Source: Caecitellus pseudoparvulus
Lineage: Eukaryota > Protista > Bigyra: Bicosoecida
Assembly: GCA_965644315.1 (NCBI GenBank)
Contig: CBFFRQ010000043.1
Location: forward strand, 558,001 to 622,000
DNA: 64,000 nucleotides
Reading direction: 5' to 3'
How positions within the stretch are numbered: position 1 is the first letter of the stretch; each line of letters starts with the position of its first letter. The notes under the pieces were generated by a model. It did no database searches. It saw nothing but the letters and a program-made list of their open reading frames with translations, and was not told the origin of the DNA. A program made the translations under genes and the position numbers. Shown piece by piece: positions 23,457 through 34,088 of this stretch.

Positions 23457-24368
23457 ATGGCCGCCAATGGCACGCCGGCTGGCGCGCCCAGCGCCGCCAC
23501 GCCGGCGAGCATGCCCATGCAGCAGTTCCCCGCCTTTTCACCTGCTGCTGCCATGCAGCCGTATGGCGCTCCTCCCCCGTATGGGTACTTCGGCGGCGCC
23601 ATGCCCAGCGGCCCTCTGCCTCCAGCTGTGGCTGGGCTCATCGGCGTGCAGCAGGCAGTGGGGGCGGTGGGCAGCATCATCCAGCTCCTGGGCATGAACG
23701 CCCAGGCCGTGCAGCAAGTGTCCGGGGCCCTCATCCAGCTGCTGGAGGGGGCTGGCCAGGCGGCCGGAGAGTTCGTCGGCGTGCTGGGCAACGCTGACGC
23801 CCGGAGTCAGGCCGCCCCCGACACCGCCCGGCGGGCCCAGCGCCGGCGCTTCCTGCGCTGGGCCATCGGCCTCTTCGTCCTCGTCGCGGCTTACCACGGC
23901 ATGCGGTGGCTGGTGCGCAGCCGCCCCGCGGGTGCGGGCCGCCCCACCTCCTTCCGAGCCTGGCTGCTGCATTTGACTGTCTTCGCAGGGGCGGTGGTGG
24001 CGGGGCACGCCATCGGCCCCAAGCCCCTGCACGAGGCGTTCCTGCAGCTGCACGGCGCCATGCAGGAGGCCTTGCAGCACGCGCCACCGGCCCCCAGCGA
24101 ACTGCCGCCCCTGCCGCCTGTGGGCGAGGGGGGCACGGACGAGGGGGGTGTGACACCCCCCCCTTCACCCCCCTCGCAGGCCCCCCCTGCGGCAGGGAGG
24201 GGGACCCCCAGCGCTGCGGACGTCAGCGCGGTGCTTCGTCGCGCCGTGGCCACGACGGGGGTGGGGCCAGATGGAGTGCCGGGGGCATCCCCCCCCCCCT
24301 CACCCGGGCCGAGGGTGGGGGTGGCATCCGATGGCGGTGCCGCGGAGAGCAAGGCCTCCCCCCCCTGA
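23457..24368 (+). CDS. PEX13: Peroxisomal membrane protein PEX13-like (plant-type, no SH3)
   Basis: YG-rich N-terminus followed by VQQAVGAVGSIIQLLGMNAQAVQQVSGALIQLLE, resembling the Peroxin-13 N domain, then TM segments. Confidence 0.65.
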   Translation: MAANGTPAGAPSAATPASMPMQQFPAFSPAAAMQPYGAPPPYGYFGGAMPSGPLPPAVAGLIGVQQAVGAVGSIIQLLGMNAQAVQQVSGALIQLLEGAGQAAGEFVGVLGNADARSQAAPDTARRAQRRRFLRWAIGLFVLVAAYHGMRWLVRSRPAGAGRPTSFRAWLLHLTVFAGAVVAGHAIGPKPLHEAFLQLHGAMQEALQHAPPAPSELPPLPPVGEGGTDEGGVTPPPSPPSQAPPAAGRGTPSAADVSAVLRRAVATTGVGPDGVPGASPPPSPGPRVGVASDGGAAESKASPP

Positions 24369-24384
24369 GGCGGCGGGGCGGGCG

Positions 24385-25307
24385 TCACACCCAGCTCTGC
24401 ACTGCCTGCAGGGCCGCCGCTTGCAGCTCTGCCGGCGTGCCGCGTGAGCTATCCAGCACTTTGTTCGCGATGGAGAGGCGCTTGGCGGGGGGGGCCTGGG
24501 AGGCGACGCGGGCCTCGGCGTCCGCCGGCGACAGGCCGTCCCGGGCTGCCAGGCGCTGCAGCTGCACGGCGCGGTCGCAGTGCAGGACGAGCACCTGCGG
24601 CCAGGCCAGGATCCAGGAGCCTGTCTCAGCCATGAGGGCGGCGTCGTACACCACCTGGCGCCCCTCCCACACGCCGCGCACCAGCAGCTGCCACAGGCAC
24701 TCCCGGGCGATGGCCGCGTGCATGATGGAGTTCAGGCGCTTGCGGGCGGCGATGCAGGCCGCGGAGTCCCCGAACACCAGCTTGCCCAGCGCCGGGCGGT
24801 CGATGTCGCCTTCCGGCGTCAGGATGCCGTGGCCGAAAGCTGCGACGAGGGGCTGGAAGGCAGGGCCGCCAGGGGCCTGCACAGCCCGTGAAATGCGATC
24901 GGCGTCGATGATGTGCATGCCCACTTGCTTGAACACCTGCGTGACTGTGCTCTTCCCGCACGCGATGCCGCCTGTGCGAGGCACGGCAGGCTTGCGTGCA
25001 ACGGGCGAAACGCTGGTGGAACGCCAGGCTGCACAGTTCCCGCACCAGTGACGCCGATGGGCAGCGCTCGCCAGCTGAGTCCAAAGCACAGCATGAAGAT
25101 AAATACAAAGACGGTGGAGGGCACCCACTCAGGTCCGAACGTGTCCAGGAGCCAGTCCAGCAGGGGCGTGGCCGATGCGACGAGGTACGCTTGGGACGCC
25201 GCCAGGCACACCCGCCGACTGCGGTGGGCAGCGGGCAGCAGCGCCAGGGCCCTGGGCGCCAGCAGGCCGCCCGCCGCGACAGTCAGAGCAAAGCCCAAGT
25301 CCTCCAT
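24385..25307 (-). CDS. coaE: Dephospho-CoA kinase with N-terminal hydrophobic segments (one intron)
   Basis: Spliced IGVTG|GIACGKSTV, IIDADRISR, IDRPALGKLVF, LNSIMH, QLQRLAARDGLS..AEARVASQ. Confidence 0.9.
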
Positions 25308-25406
25308 GGTGGCCGGCCTGCCTGCACCACGCCGCCTGCCAACGCCACGACAACAGTGCAGAGTGAATTGTGGTGGGGGTGAGCGACCTGCGGGAGGGCG
25401 TGGCGC

Positions 25407-27101
25407 CTAGCCCCGCGGCGGCCCCTGCAGCGCCCCGGACTGCAGCATGGAGGGGTACAGCAAGGACCCCGCCGGCAGGCTGTGTTCCTGCCCCGTCAGC
25501 TCGTCGGCCAGGCTGGCGCCGTCCAGGTCCAGGGCATCGAAGGATGACGCGTGCCCGAATTGAGACGCCCCCATGCCGTCCTCACTGTCCTCGCTGACGG
25601 CAGAGGGGTGTCGGGCGTCCCGCCAGCCGTAGTGCAGCGCTGACAGCTGCGCAACGTTGCCCTCTACGTACTGCATGGAGATGGCCCGCTCGCCCTCCAG
25701 GGTGTGGGGGGGGGCGTCCCACCCCCCCCCCGCCTCGCTGTCTGTGCTGGGCTGTCGGTGGTGGGGCGGCACCGCCCGCACCTCCGCGGACCCCACGCCC
25801 ACCCCGTTGCCCAGGAACTCTGCCGCAGCCTGCTCTGTGGGGGAGGTGGGGGGGCCGTCAGCGTCGCCCGGGTCCCCCCCCCCCAGGGGCGGTCTGGACA
25901 GCAGCGTGCCTGTGCCTTGGACGGACCGGCGGTCCAACAATGGCTGCCCCATGGACAGTGCCCTGGCCCCTGGTGTCGTGTACAGCGCTGCCTCAGGCAC
26001 TGGCACGTGTACTGGCGCCTTGGGCGGGGGGGGGGCGGCGGGCCGGCCACAGCGCAGCCACATGGCCAGCTGCTGCCGGATGGGGCGGTTGGTGCTGACG
26101 AAGATGAGGAAGTTGATGACGCCCTGCGCAGGCATGAGCAGGGCAGTGGCCCACATCAGTGGCCCGCGCATGACGAAGCCCCTGCCCGTCGCCCCACTGA
26201 ACGGCAGGATGGTGGTGAGGCTGGTGCGCAGCAACAGCGGCGGCACCGTCACCGCCACATACCCCAACAAATACCCCCCGAAGTACAGCAGCAGGGCATG
26301 CCACTTGCTGCGCTGGGTGGGCCGGGCTGGGTTGGTTGGTGTGCAGGCCACCTTGGTGCCGAGTGCCACCAACAGCACGAGCAGCCCAGCCAGCAACACC
26401 AGCTTGGGCACGTACAGGGCCCACACTGGGTCGGCCGCCAGGTCGTTGGCAGTGGAGGCGCCATAGGGCAGGTCATACCAGCACCACGGCCCGATGTCCA
26501 TGGGGGAGGGGTCGGCTCCGTGGATGGTGCGAGGCACCAGCACTGCCACCAGCACCAGCGCCACGGGCACCAGCCAACACACGGCCTGGTACACGAGGTA
26601 CCGCCTGCGGGCAAAGGAGCCCCGCAGCTCCCTCTGCAGGAAGAAGGTCATGCGCAGGAGCTCTGTGGCGAGGGCTGCCGTCCAGGCGGCCGACCACAGC
26701 GGCGCCACGGCGATGAGAATGGCCTGTGCCTTGCAGGCGGCGTTGGCGGGGGTGCCGCCGGGATGCCCCATGGAGGCATGGCCGGAGGCCAAGGGCCCGA
26801 TGAGGAAGGCAGCGCCCTGGATGGTGTCGGCGATGTTAAGGAACATGAGCTGCCGCAGGTAGCCGTGCAGCAGCTTGCTCATGCGCGCGTGGTGGGGGTT
26901 CTGCCCAGCCGACACCCCGAAACCAGTCCCCCACCGCAGGTGCAGGTAGGCCCCCAGGCTGATGAGGCAGCACAGCACACTGCACAGACCACTGCCAAAT
27001 GCCAACCACATGGCATGGTTTGCTTCCTCCAACGCAGCGTGGGGCATGCTGGAGTTGGCCGGCGGCGCGGCGACGTGCGGAAATCGCAGAAGGCTCGACA
27101 T
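25407..27101 (-). CDS. 7TM GPCR of the cAMP-receptor/GCR1/Git3-like class
   Basis: Seven hydrophobic segments, LNIAD in TM2, CKAQA..., WTAALA, CWLVP, WCW in ECL2, P.QG.INFLIF in TM7, and a long C-tail. Confidence 0.8.
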   Translation of the reverse strand: MSSLLRFPHVAAPPANSSMPHAALEEANHAMWLAFGSGLCSVLCCLISLGAYLHLRWGTGFGVSAGQNPHHARMSKLLHGYLRQLMFLNIADTIQGAAFLIGPLASGHASMGHPGGTPANAACKAQAILIAVAPLWSAAWTAALATELLRMTFFLQRELRGSFARRRYLVYQAVCWLVPVALVLVAVLVPRTIHGADPSPMDIGPWCWYDLPYGASTANDLAADPVWALYVPKLVLLAGLLVLLVALGTKVACTPTNPARPTQRSKWHALLLYFGGYLLGYVAVTVPPLLLRTSLTTILPFSGATGRGFVMRGPLMWATALLMPAQGVINFLIFVSTNRPIRQQLAMWLRCGRPAAPPPPKAPVHVPVPEAALYTTPGARALSMGQPLLDRRSVQGTGTLLSRPPLGGGDPGDADGPPTSPTEQAAAEFLGNGVGVGSAEVRAVPPHHRQPSTDSEAGGGWDAPPHTLEGERAISMQYVEGNVAQLSALHYGWRDARHPSAVSEDSEDGMGASQFGHASSFDALDLDGASLADELTGQEHSLPAGSLLYPSMLQSGALQGPPRG

Positions 27102-27516
27102 GGATTCCTCTGTGAGTACTTCAAGTCGCGTCCTCGGCTTCAGAGGCAGACCAGCAGCAGTGTGTTCCCGCGGAGGGCGGCAGGGGACCAGACCCCGGCA
27201 CGGAGGCCGTCACTCTGCCGTTTCTCCGGGCAGCCGCCGCGCCAGGGTCAGCCTTGTGCTGCGAGCCTGGCAGCAGCACTGTCGCGCTCACCGCAAATCC
27301 CAACTCCCCAAACAGCGAGGTGCAAGCTGCACAACCAGGGGCTCCTCATTCAACTGGCGTTGCGAATCACGACAGGGCTGGTGGCGACAATTTGCCGTGC
27401 GCGAGCACTTGCCCTGCCAAGTGGCTGTGTGACTTGCAGGCGCCGGCAACGCGAGGTGTGCCGGGGAACTGCAGAAAGAATTTGAGACACGCAGGGCGCC
27501 GCAAGCCACACGCACC

Positions 27517-28385
27517 ATGGAGCCGTCGCACTGGCAGGTGGCCAACTCCTCCTCACGCCTGCGTGTGGACATGAGCCACAAGCAGCAAGCCACGTTCGAC
27601 CCCAACTACCTCCAAGCACCTGCGCAAGCGCGTGCCGCAGCCGCGGAGGCTGGGCGGGCGCAGCGTGCAGCTGCCTCGGACCGGGCGCTGGAGGTGGACT
27701 GGGCAGGGAACCCTGTCCATGTCAAGCAGCGTGCGGGGGTGGACACGGCGGCTGCACGGGCCCACCTGTCTGTGACGGAGCAGGGCTTGCTGCCCAGTCC
27801 CGAGGCTGGCGTCCAGCGGGAGTTCGTGGGCAAGAAGCACTACGAGGGGGACATCAGGTTCTCCAGCCACGCAAGCGAGGGAAGCGGCGCCCCTATGGGA
27901 TCAGCGGCGTACCAAGTGGGGCCTGGTGCGCCTTCTGCGGCAGACTGGACTTCGTGAGTCGCAGTGGCGTTTCCACGCGTAACGCCACGCGCACCACCCC
28001 CTCTTCAAACCCTCCCAGGACGGCCAAGGTGATGCAAAGTGGAGACAAGGACACTGCTATCAGTGGGGCGCACACAGAGCGCCGGCTTCGCCAGCAGTCT
28101 GCCGCTGCAGCTGCCAACGCAGCCATCAACATGCCTGGCTACGGCGTGCAAGGGGCGCTGACGGGGCGGTACCCTTCCCGCGGCTCAGCCGGCGCCGCCC
28201 TGACAGCAGCGCCGCCCTCGCACTCCACCAGCATGAGTGGTCGCCGTGGCCTGCGCAAGGACATGCTGGGCGACATCACAGCCGCCGTGGCTGACAGCGT
28301 CGGCTCTGCGCCGCGTGCAGTGGGCACGGCACAGGCACGGGACACGGCTGCAGCACGCGAGGCGGCCATTCTGGGGGCGAACTAG
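27517..28385 (+). CDS. Hypothetical protein (two exons)
   Basis: ORFs 27517-27957 and 27954-28385, probably joined by a gtgagt...ccag intron (~27954-28018). No recognisable domain. Confidence 0.5.
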
Positions 28386-28516
28386 TGCGTTGACCCTGCG
28401 TGCCGTGTGCGCTCCCGCGACTATGCGGCCACGGGCACCCGCCCCCCCTCGCAGTTCCGCCAAGCCAGCCGGGTACACAGGCCACACCCGGCGATGAAGG
28501 CGCTGCACCGCATGCA

Positions 28517-30182
28517 TTACACAGACACCTCGGGCAGCTCGCTGGACATGTGGTCGGTGCCTGGGATGACGATAAAGTCCTCGTTGTGCCGGGGCACGGC
28601 GCCAGTGCCTGCCTGCCGGATGACCCAATTCACATCACTGCGCACGGTCACCGACAGCTCCGGGTCCAGGGGCTGGGGTCCGGGCTGCTGCACCTTGGCA
28701 GAGGCGTCCGTGGGGGCGGGGGGCAGGTTGGCAGCGGCGGCGCCGGCGGCAGCCCCCTCCAGTGCGGCATCCTCTGGGGCGGCATCCTTGTCCCCCCCTG
28801 TCGGCGCCAGGACCGCCTCATCCCCGCCCTCGGCAGCCACCTGCTCTGCCGCTGCGCCGTCCTTGTCCTCAGACGCCTCGGCAGCGCCCCGGGCCAAGGT
28901 GGGGTTCAGGGCCTGCCACGCCTCGAAGCGTGTGGCGAGCCAGTGGCACAAGTCGTGCACCAGGCGCTGGCGCGTGTCGATGTTGTCCCACTCCATGGCA
29001 TGCCACGTGCCTTGGTACACGATGTGGGTGCGGTCGGGGCTGGAGCAGCCCAGGATGAAGTCCGTGGTGAGGGCCTTGTCCGTGACCACGTCGTCGTCCC
29101 CCTGCACCAGCAGCACCGCAGGCGCTCTGAACTCGTGCATGCTCTCCTGGATCTCCAGCGTCGCGTCGTACAGCTGGATGCCGGTCTGCAGGCGGGGCTG
29201 CTTGGGCATGCCCCTGGCCTCGCCGTTGGCCCGCACATGAGCCAGCTGGTCGGGGCACTTGAAGCAGTCTCCCAGGACGTCTCCATCGGGGACCAGCGGC
29301 GCCTGGGGCATGCAGGTGGCCAGGCAGCGCAGGCAGTTCAGGGCGCAGCAGTTGGGGATGCGCTCCGGGGCGATGCCGCACATGGGTGCGGACAGGATGA
29401 CGCCAGTCCACATGGCAGGTGTCTTGCGGGCGGCGTTGATGGCGACGGCGCCACCCATGGACTGGCCGTACATGAACATGGGCAGGGTGGGGGCCCCGGC
29501 GGAGGTCCACTTGCCGCCTGCCATGGCCAGGGCGTGGCGCCCCACCATAATGGCGTTGTCCACATACTCATCGAAGCTCTCACACAGCCCCGGCACACCC
29601 GGCGAGCCCATGCCCGGCTGGTTGAACCCCACAGCCAGCAGGCCCAGCGCGTTGAACTCAGACGCCCATGCGTGCCACTGGTGGTCCATGCGGTGCAGGT
29701 AGCCCTGTGGGGGTGAGCAGGGGCGGAGGTGAGGGTCGCCAGCGGTTGCTCAGTCGCGCATGCAACTCACGTGCACCAGAAGCACGATGCCACGAGGGCG
29801 GGGCACAGCCACTGGGTGCCACGCCGTGGTGACAATGTCCTTGCCCTGTGCATTCTTCAGCATAAACTCTTCCTGGCGGGACACGTCCGACAGGTCTGCG
29901 GCGTCCGTGAACGTCTGCGGGCGAGCGGATCATGTGGCCGGCTGAAAATCCGCTGGGCTCACCACGCCGAGCAGGCGGCGAGCTCACCCTGTTCCGGAAG
30001 ACGTTGGTGGGGTCAGGCGTGCGGCCTTCCAGGATGGTGGAGGGGGGCACCTGTGCCACCATGCCACTTGCCTCGGGCACGCTGGCGTCGGAGGAGGCTG
30101 CCTCAGAACTTTCTGCTGGGACAGGCGGCGGCGCGACCTCCTCGCCGGAGGTGTCGGGCGCGTGCCCTGCCTCGTCAGCCAT
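28517..30182 (-). CDS. Alpha/beta hydrolase, monoglyceride lipase/lysophospholipase (Hydrolase_4) family (spliced)
   Basis: Nucleophile elbow YGQSMGG, GVILSAPM, acid residue in VQGDDDVVTD, catalytic His in GTWHAM. Confidence 0.88.
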
Positions 30183-30306
30183 TGTGGACAGGGGGTTGGG
30201 GGCTTCGATCACGGCAGGGAAGTGCAGGGCCTCTTTCCTTGGCGTGCAGGGTGTGGAGGGTTTCTGGCGTTTGCAGTTTGTACTCAGCTGTGGCCCGGGA
30301 GCCGCT

Positions 30307-31178
30307 TCACGGCTTCGTGATGAGGGGGGGGCCTGTCGTCAGCATGCGGCTCATGAGGCTGCCCAGCTGGGAAAAGCCACCCATGAAGCCCCCTGCGGCG
30401 GGGGACGCCTCATCTGGCGCGGGGGTGGTCGTGGCAGGCTTGTCTGCAGTGTCGGCTGAGGCGCCTGCCCGGCCCCCGGACACGGCCTGGGCGCGCAGAC
30501 TGTGCAGGCTGCTGGGGTTGGACTTGCCGGGGACGTTGATGGTGAAGCCGAAGTGCAGGGGGGCTTTGACGGCGAAGTCCACCGCCGGCACGTGGTCAGC
30601 CTGCTTCACCGCCAGGGTGGCCACAGCCAGGAGGGAGCTGCGCACGGCCTTCTCCAGATCAGCCTGGCGGCGCTGGCGGTGCAGGGTGTCGGCGGGGCCG
30701 TCTCCTGGCGCGCGGGGCTGCAGGTCCACCAGGAATGGGATGCGCCACTCCTCAAACTGCTTGCGCAGGGTGGTGCCGCCCAGCCCGATGAGGCTGGCCA
30801 CGGTGGTCTTCGTGTGGAAGCTGAGGGTGACGCTGCCCCCTGCCGACGTCGGGCTGCGGGGCTGCAGGCTGTCCAGGGACAGCTGCTCCACGGCATCTTC
30901 CACGGACGCCGACACTTCGGCCATGCCGATGCTGCACCACTGCGCCTGAAACAGCTCCGAGGATTCGTGCACGGGGGTCACGACGCCCAAGGACCTGTGG
31001 AAGACGATGGTGTGCAACACCGCCCGAAGGTATTCTGTCAGCGCGAATCGTTCGATTTCCTGCCACATCGCGGCCGTGGGGGCAGTGGCGTGGCTGTGGC
31101 TCGGCGAGCGTTTCAGCGGCGTTGCGCAGCACTCACCACCTCGGGCAGCTGCAGCACAACAACCTTCGCGGACGCCAT
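30307..31178 (-). CDS. ATG101: Autophagy-related protein 101 (HORMA domain), one intron
   Basis: LRAVLHTIVFHRSLGVVTP...VTLSF...FEEWRI...DHVP is the ATG101 pattern. Short first exon MASAKVVVLQLPE. Confidence 0.85.
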
Positions 31179-31475
31179 GGGGTGAAAAGGGCTTCTCAAT
31201 TGATGAAGGCCCTGGCGGGCCCAGCTCCTGCCGTCCTGGGCTCGTCCTTCAGGGTGCTGTGTCTGGTGCGCGCAACAAGTCCTGCGTCGGCGGCGGCCGG
31301 TTGTGCCGCGGCGTTGCGTGGTCTAAAGCGAGCAGGGGTGGGTGGTGTACTTGGTGCAGATTAGTTTTGATCCATTGCGCAGGCACACATGTGTTGGGGG
31401 CAGGGCAGGGGGGGGAGGTGCAGCCGTGTTGCACGGGCAGCCTCCCCCTGCTGCCGCCAAGCCACCGTCAACGCC

Positions 31476-32396
31476 TCACTTGCCCAGCACCTGCATCAGG
31501 TGACTGATGTCCGTGAATGTGGCAGCCTGCTTGATTTCTGTGGGCTTGGGCTGGTTCTCGGAGTTGGCGGGGAAGTGCACGAGGGCCTCCTCGCCGGTGC
31601 CCTCCACCTTCCACCCCTTGGCGGCTGCGAAGGCGGCTGCATCCTCGATGCCCAGGGACCGCTCCAGCGCCGTGGTCTTGATGCTGGAGTAGGTGATGAG
31701 GAGGGCGGACACCATGAACTTCCGCACGCCGTCCCCGAAGCCAGTGACGGCCGCCAGCGTCTCGGCCACGTCAGCCTCCCGCGTGCGCTCCCAGAACTGG
31801 CCGAACTTGCCGGCCTGCAACAAAGTCTCCACTTCCATCAGGCCCTTCACGCGCTCGGAGTCTTGCTGAGGGGAGCGGCAGGGCAGGGGCGTGAGGCGCA
31901 GTCTGCGCCAGTGCCGGGCGACAGCGCAGAGGCGTGCACGCACCAGCGCCTGGGGAATCATGCACAGGTGAGTGAAAAAGTCAGGCTCGGGAAGTGCAAT
32001 GAGACTCTGCAATGGGCGAACGAGCAAGGTGGCGGCGCAGTAGGGGGGTGTTCCAAGGTGCTGCAGGCGTGCCAAGCGAAACGCCGGCGGCACACGCTGG
32101 CAACTCACAAGTGCCAGGATGTTCACGACGACATCCTCATCCAACTCATCTGGATGCAGGGAGTACAGCCGGATGATGGCTCGGTTGATTCGGGAGTCGC
32201 AGAAGCCCTCCTCCATCTGAGGCAGGTGGCGAAGGCAAGCAAGTCTGGCAACATGTCGGCGGCCGCAGGGCACGCGGGGCGCTGCAGCGCAGCGGGGGTG
32301 CCGCACCTGCTTCTTCACGTGTGCCTGCAGATCGTCCAGCTCCAGAGTGGTCAGCAGCTCATGGTCCTGCTTGGCCAGCAGCTGAGATGACGCCAT
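31476..32396 (-). CDS. EIF3K: Eukaryotic translation initiation factor 3 subunit K (spliced)
   Basis: LQAHVKKQ|MEEGFCDSRINRAIIRLYSLHP...LPEPDF..HLCMI...LLQAGKFGQFW...VTGFGDGVRKFM...TYSSI. Confidence 0.88.
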   Translation of the reverse strand: MASSQLLAKQDHELLTTLELDDLQAHVKKQVRHPRCAAAPRVPCGRRHVARLACLRHLPQMEEGFCDSRINRAIIRLYSLHPDELDEDVVVNILALVSCQRVPPAFRLARLQHLGTPPYCAATLLVRPLQSLIALPEPDFFTHLCMIPQALVRARLCAVARHWRRLRLTPLPCRSPQQDSERVKGLMEVETLLQAGKFGQFWERTREADVAETLAAVTGFGDGVRKFMVSALLITYSSIKTTALERSLGIEDAAAFAAAKGWKVEGTGEEALVHFPANSENQPKPTEIKQAATFTDISHLMQVLGK

Positions 32397-32737
32397 GGCG
32401 CTGAAGGCGCCTGCGGAAATCGAGGCCTGCGGGCGAAGGGGCTTTGCAGAGTCGTGCACGGGGAAAGTCGCACTGCAGTGATGGCATGGAATGTGTGTGA
32501 AACGTAGGGGCCCACGTCGTGCTCTGTAGAGGGTTGACCGGCATCCACGGGGGGGGTGCTGGGGCGTGCATGGCTTCCAGTTCTCTGCCAATGCACCCAA
32601 CACTCCACAAATCAATGGCCCCCGTCTGCACCTGAGCGCTGCAATTTTCTTTCAGTTTCCTGCAGTTCACGACCTGCAGTGGTGCCGCCAGCTTCTGAAC
32701 TCCTGTGTGATCGCAGCGGTTGCATTTCTCTGACAGC

Positions 32738-33964
32738 ATGAGCGCAGACGGCGGCCGCGACCCTGGCGTCGACTTGCAACGCTTGCTCACGCAGGCTGTC
32801 AGCGCAGCAGACCTCAGCGCCCTCGAAGCAGCCCTGGCCGAGTTACCCCACCGCGACGCAGGGGTCTCCCACCAGGCCCAGGTGCAAGCGGCGTACCACG
32901 AGGCTTGCCACGCCGGCTGGTTTGCTGGTGTGGAGCGGTTACTAGACGTGCTGCCCCCCCACAACGTGGACCCCCAGGCGTCTGAGTGCCTGGGCTTCCG
33001 CTGGGCATGCGATGGCGGGCACTTGGATGTCGTGCGTTGCTGTCTGGCGTTGCGGGGGGTGCGAGCGGTTGACCCGGGGCTGTCTGGCGGCATTCCCCTG
33101 CAGCTGGCGTGCCAGGGCGGCCACACCAGCGTCGTGCGGGAATTGCTGGACACTGTGTCTCCCCTCCAACTAGGCCTGTATTCTGGATGCAATGATGCGT
33201 TCACCCTCGCCGCTCGTCGCGGCCATACGGACGTGGCACGGTTGCTGCTCAGCGTGACAGGGCAGGGGCGTGTCACAGACGCCCTGGACGCGACTTCCCT
33301 CTTCCTGCACGCCTGCGAGGAAGGCCACGACGGCATCGTGCAGCTGCTGCTGTCCAGTCGCCTACGTGAGCGCCTTGACCTGCACGAGGGTATACGAGAG
33401 TGGGCCCTGCGCAAGGCGTGTCGAGGCGGTCACCTGGCCGTCGTGCAGCACCTGCTGGCCCTGCGTGGACCAGAGGAGGTGGACGTTGGGCACGATAACC
33501 ACATTTCCTTCTGCCTGGCGTGCGGGTCAGGCCACCTGCCCCTGGTCACTGCGCTGCTGGCCTTGCAGCCGCCTCGGCAGGTGGATGTGCATGCCACAGG
33601 AGGAGCTGCCCTATCTCATGCAGCGGGGAAGGACCATGTGGAGGTGTTGCACCATTTGCTGACCCTGCGCCCGCCACGGCGCATGGATGTCTCGGTACGC
33701 TTGTACTTGCCATTTCGCTTGGCGGTGGGGAAGGGGGCGCTGAAGTGTGCGACACTTTGTATGGGGCTGGAGGGGGACCGCCGTATTCCCCCAGATGCCG
33801 TGGCGCCAAGGGACTGTGGAGCCGCAGCCACGTCCCTCAGGTGCCACCCGAAGGATGTCTTGGCTCGACTGCGGGCGGTGGCAGTGTGGGAGGGGACACT
33901 GGGCCGGCGAGGCAGGCGGGCGATGCTCCTGCTGCGAAGCCAGCTGGCCAGGGCAGCACAGTGA
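32738..33964 (+). CDS. Ankyrin-repeat protein, divergent relative of the 52-60 kb family
   Basis: About 8 repeats of the form F..AC..GH..VV..LL.L.G...VD. Shares the GDRRIP C-cap motif with the 52-60 kb genes. Confidence 0.85.
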   Translation: MSADGGRDPGVDLQRLLTQAVSAADLSALEAALAELPHRDAGVSHQAQVQAAYHEACHAGWFAGVERLLDVLPPHNVDPQASECLGFRWACDGGHLDVVRCCLALRGVRAVDPGLSGGIPLQLACQGGHTSVVRELLDTVSPLQLGLYSGCNDAFTLAARRGHTDVARLLLSVTGQGRVTDALDATSLFLHACEEGHDGIVQLLLSSRLRERLDLHEGIREWALRKACRGGHLAVVQHLLALRGPEEVDVGHDNHISFCLACGSGHLPLVTALLALQPPRQVDVHATGGAALSHAAGKDHVEVLHHLLTLRPPRRMDVSVRLYLPFRLAVGKGALKCATLCMGLEGDRRIPPDAVAPRDCGAAATSLRCHPKDVLARLRAVAVWEGTLGRRGRRAMLLLRSQLARAAQ

Positions 33965-34088
33965 CTGGGCCAGCTCACGGGCACAATGCAACACGCCGAC
34001 ACTTTCATTCCCGATCAGCAGCTCATCGTGCCCTGGTCGTCGTGCGTCCTGCGTGGCGGGCGAGCAGTGTGCCGAGTAGCGCTGCAGC

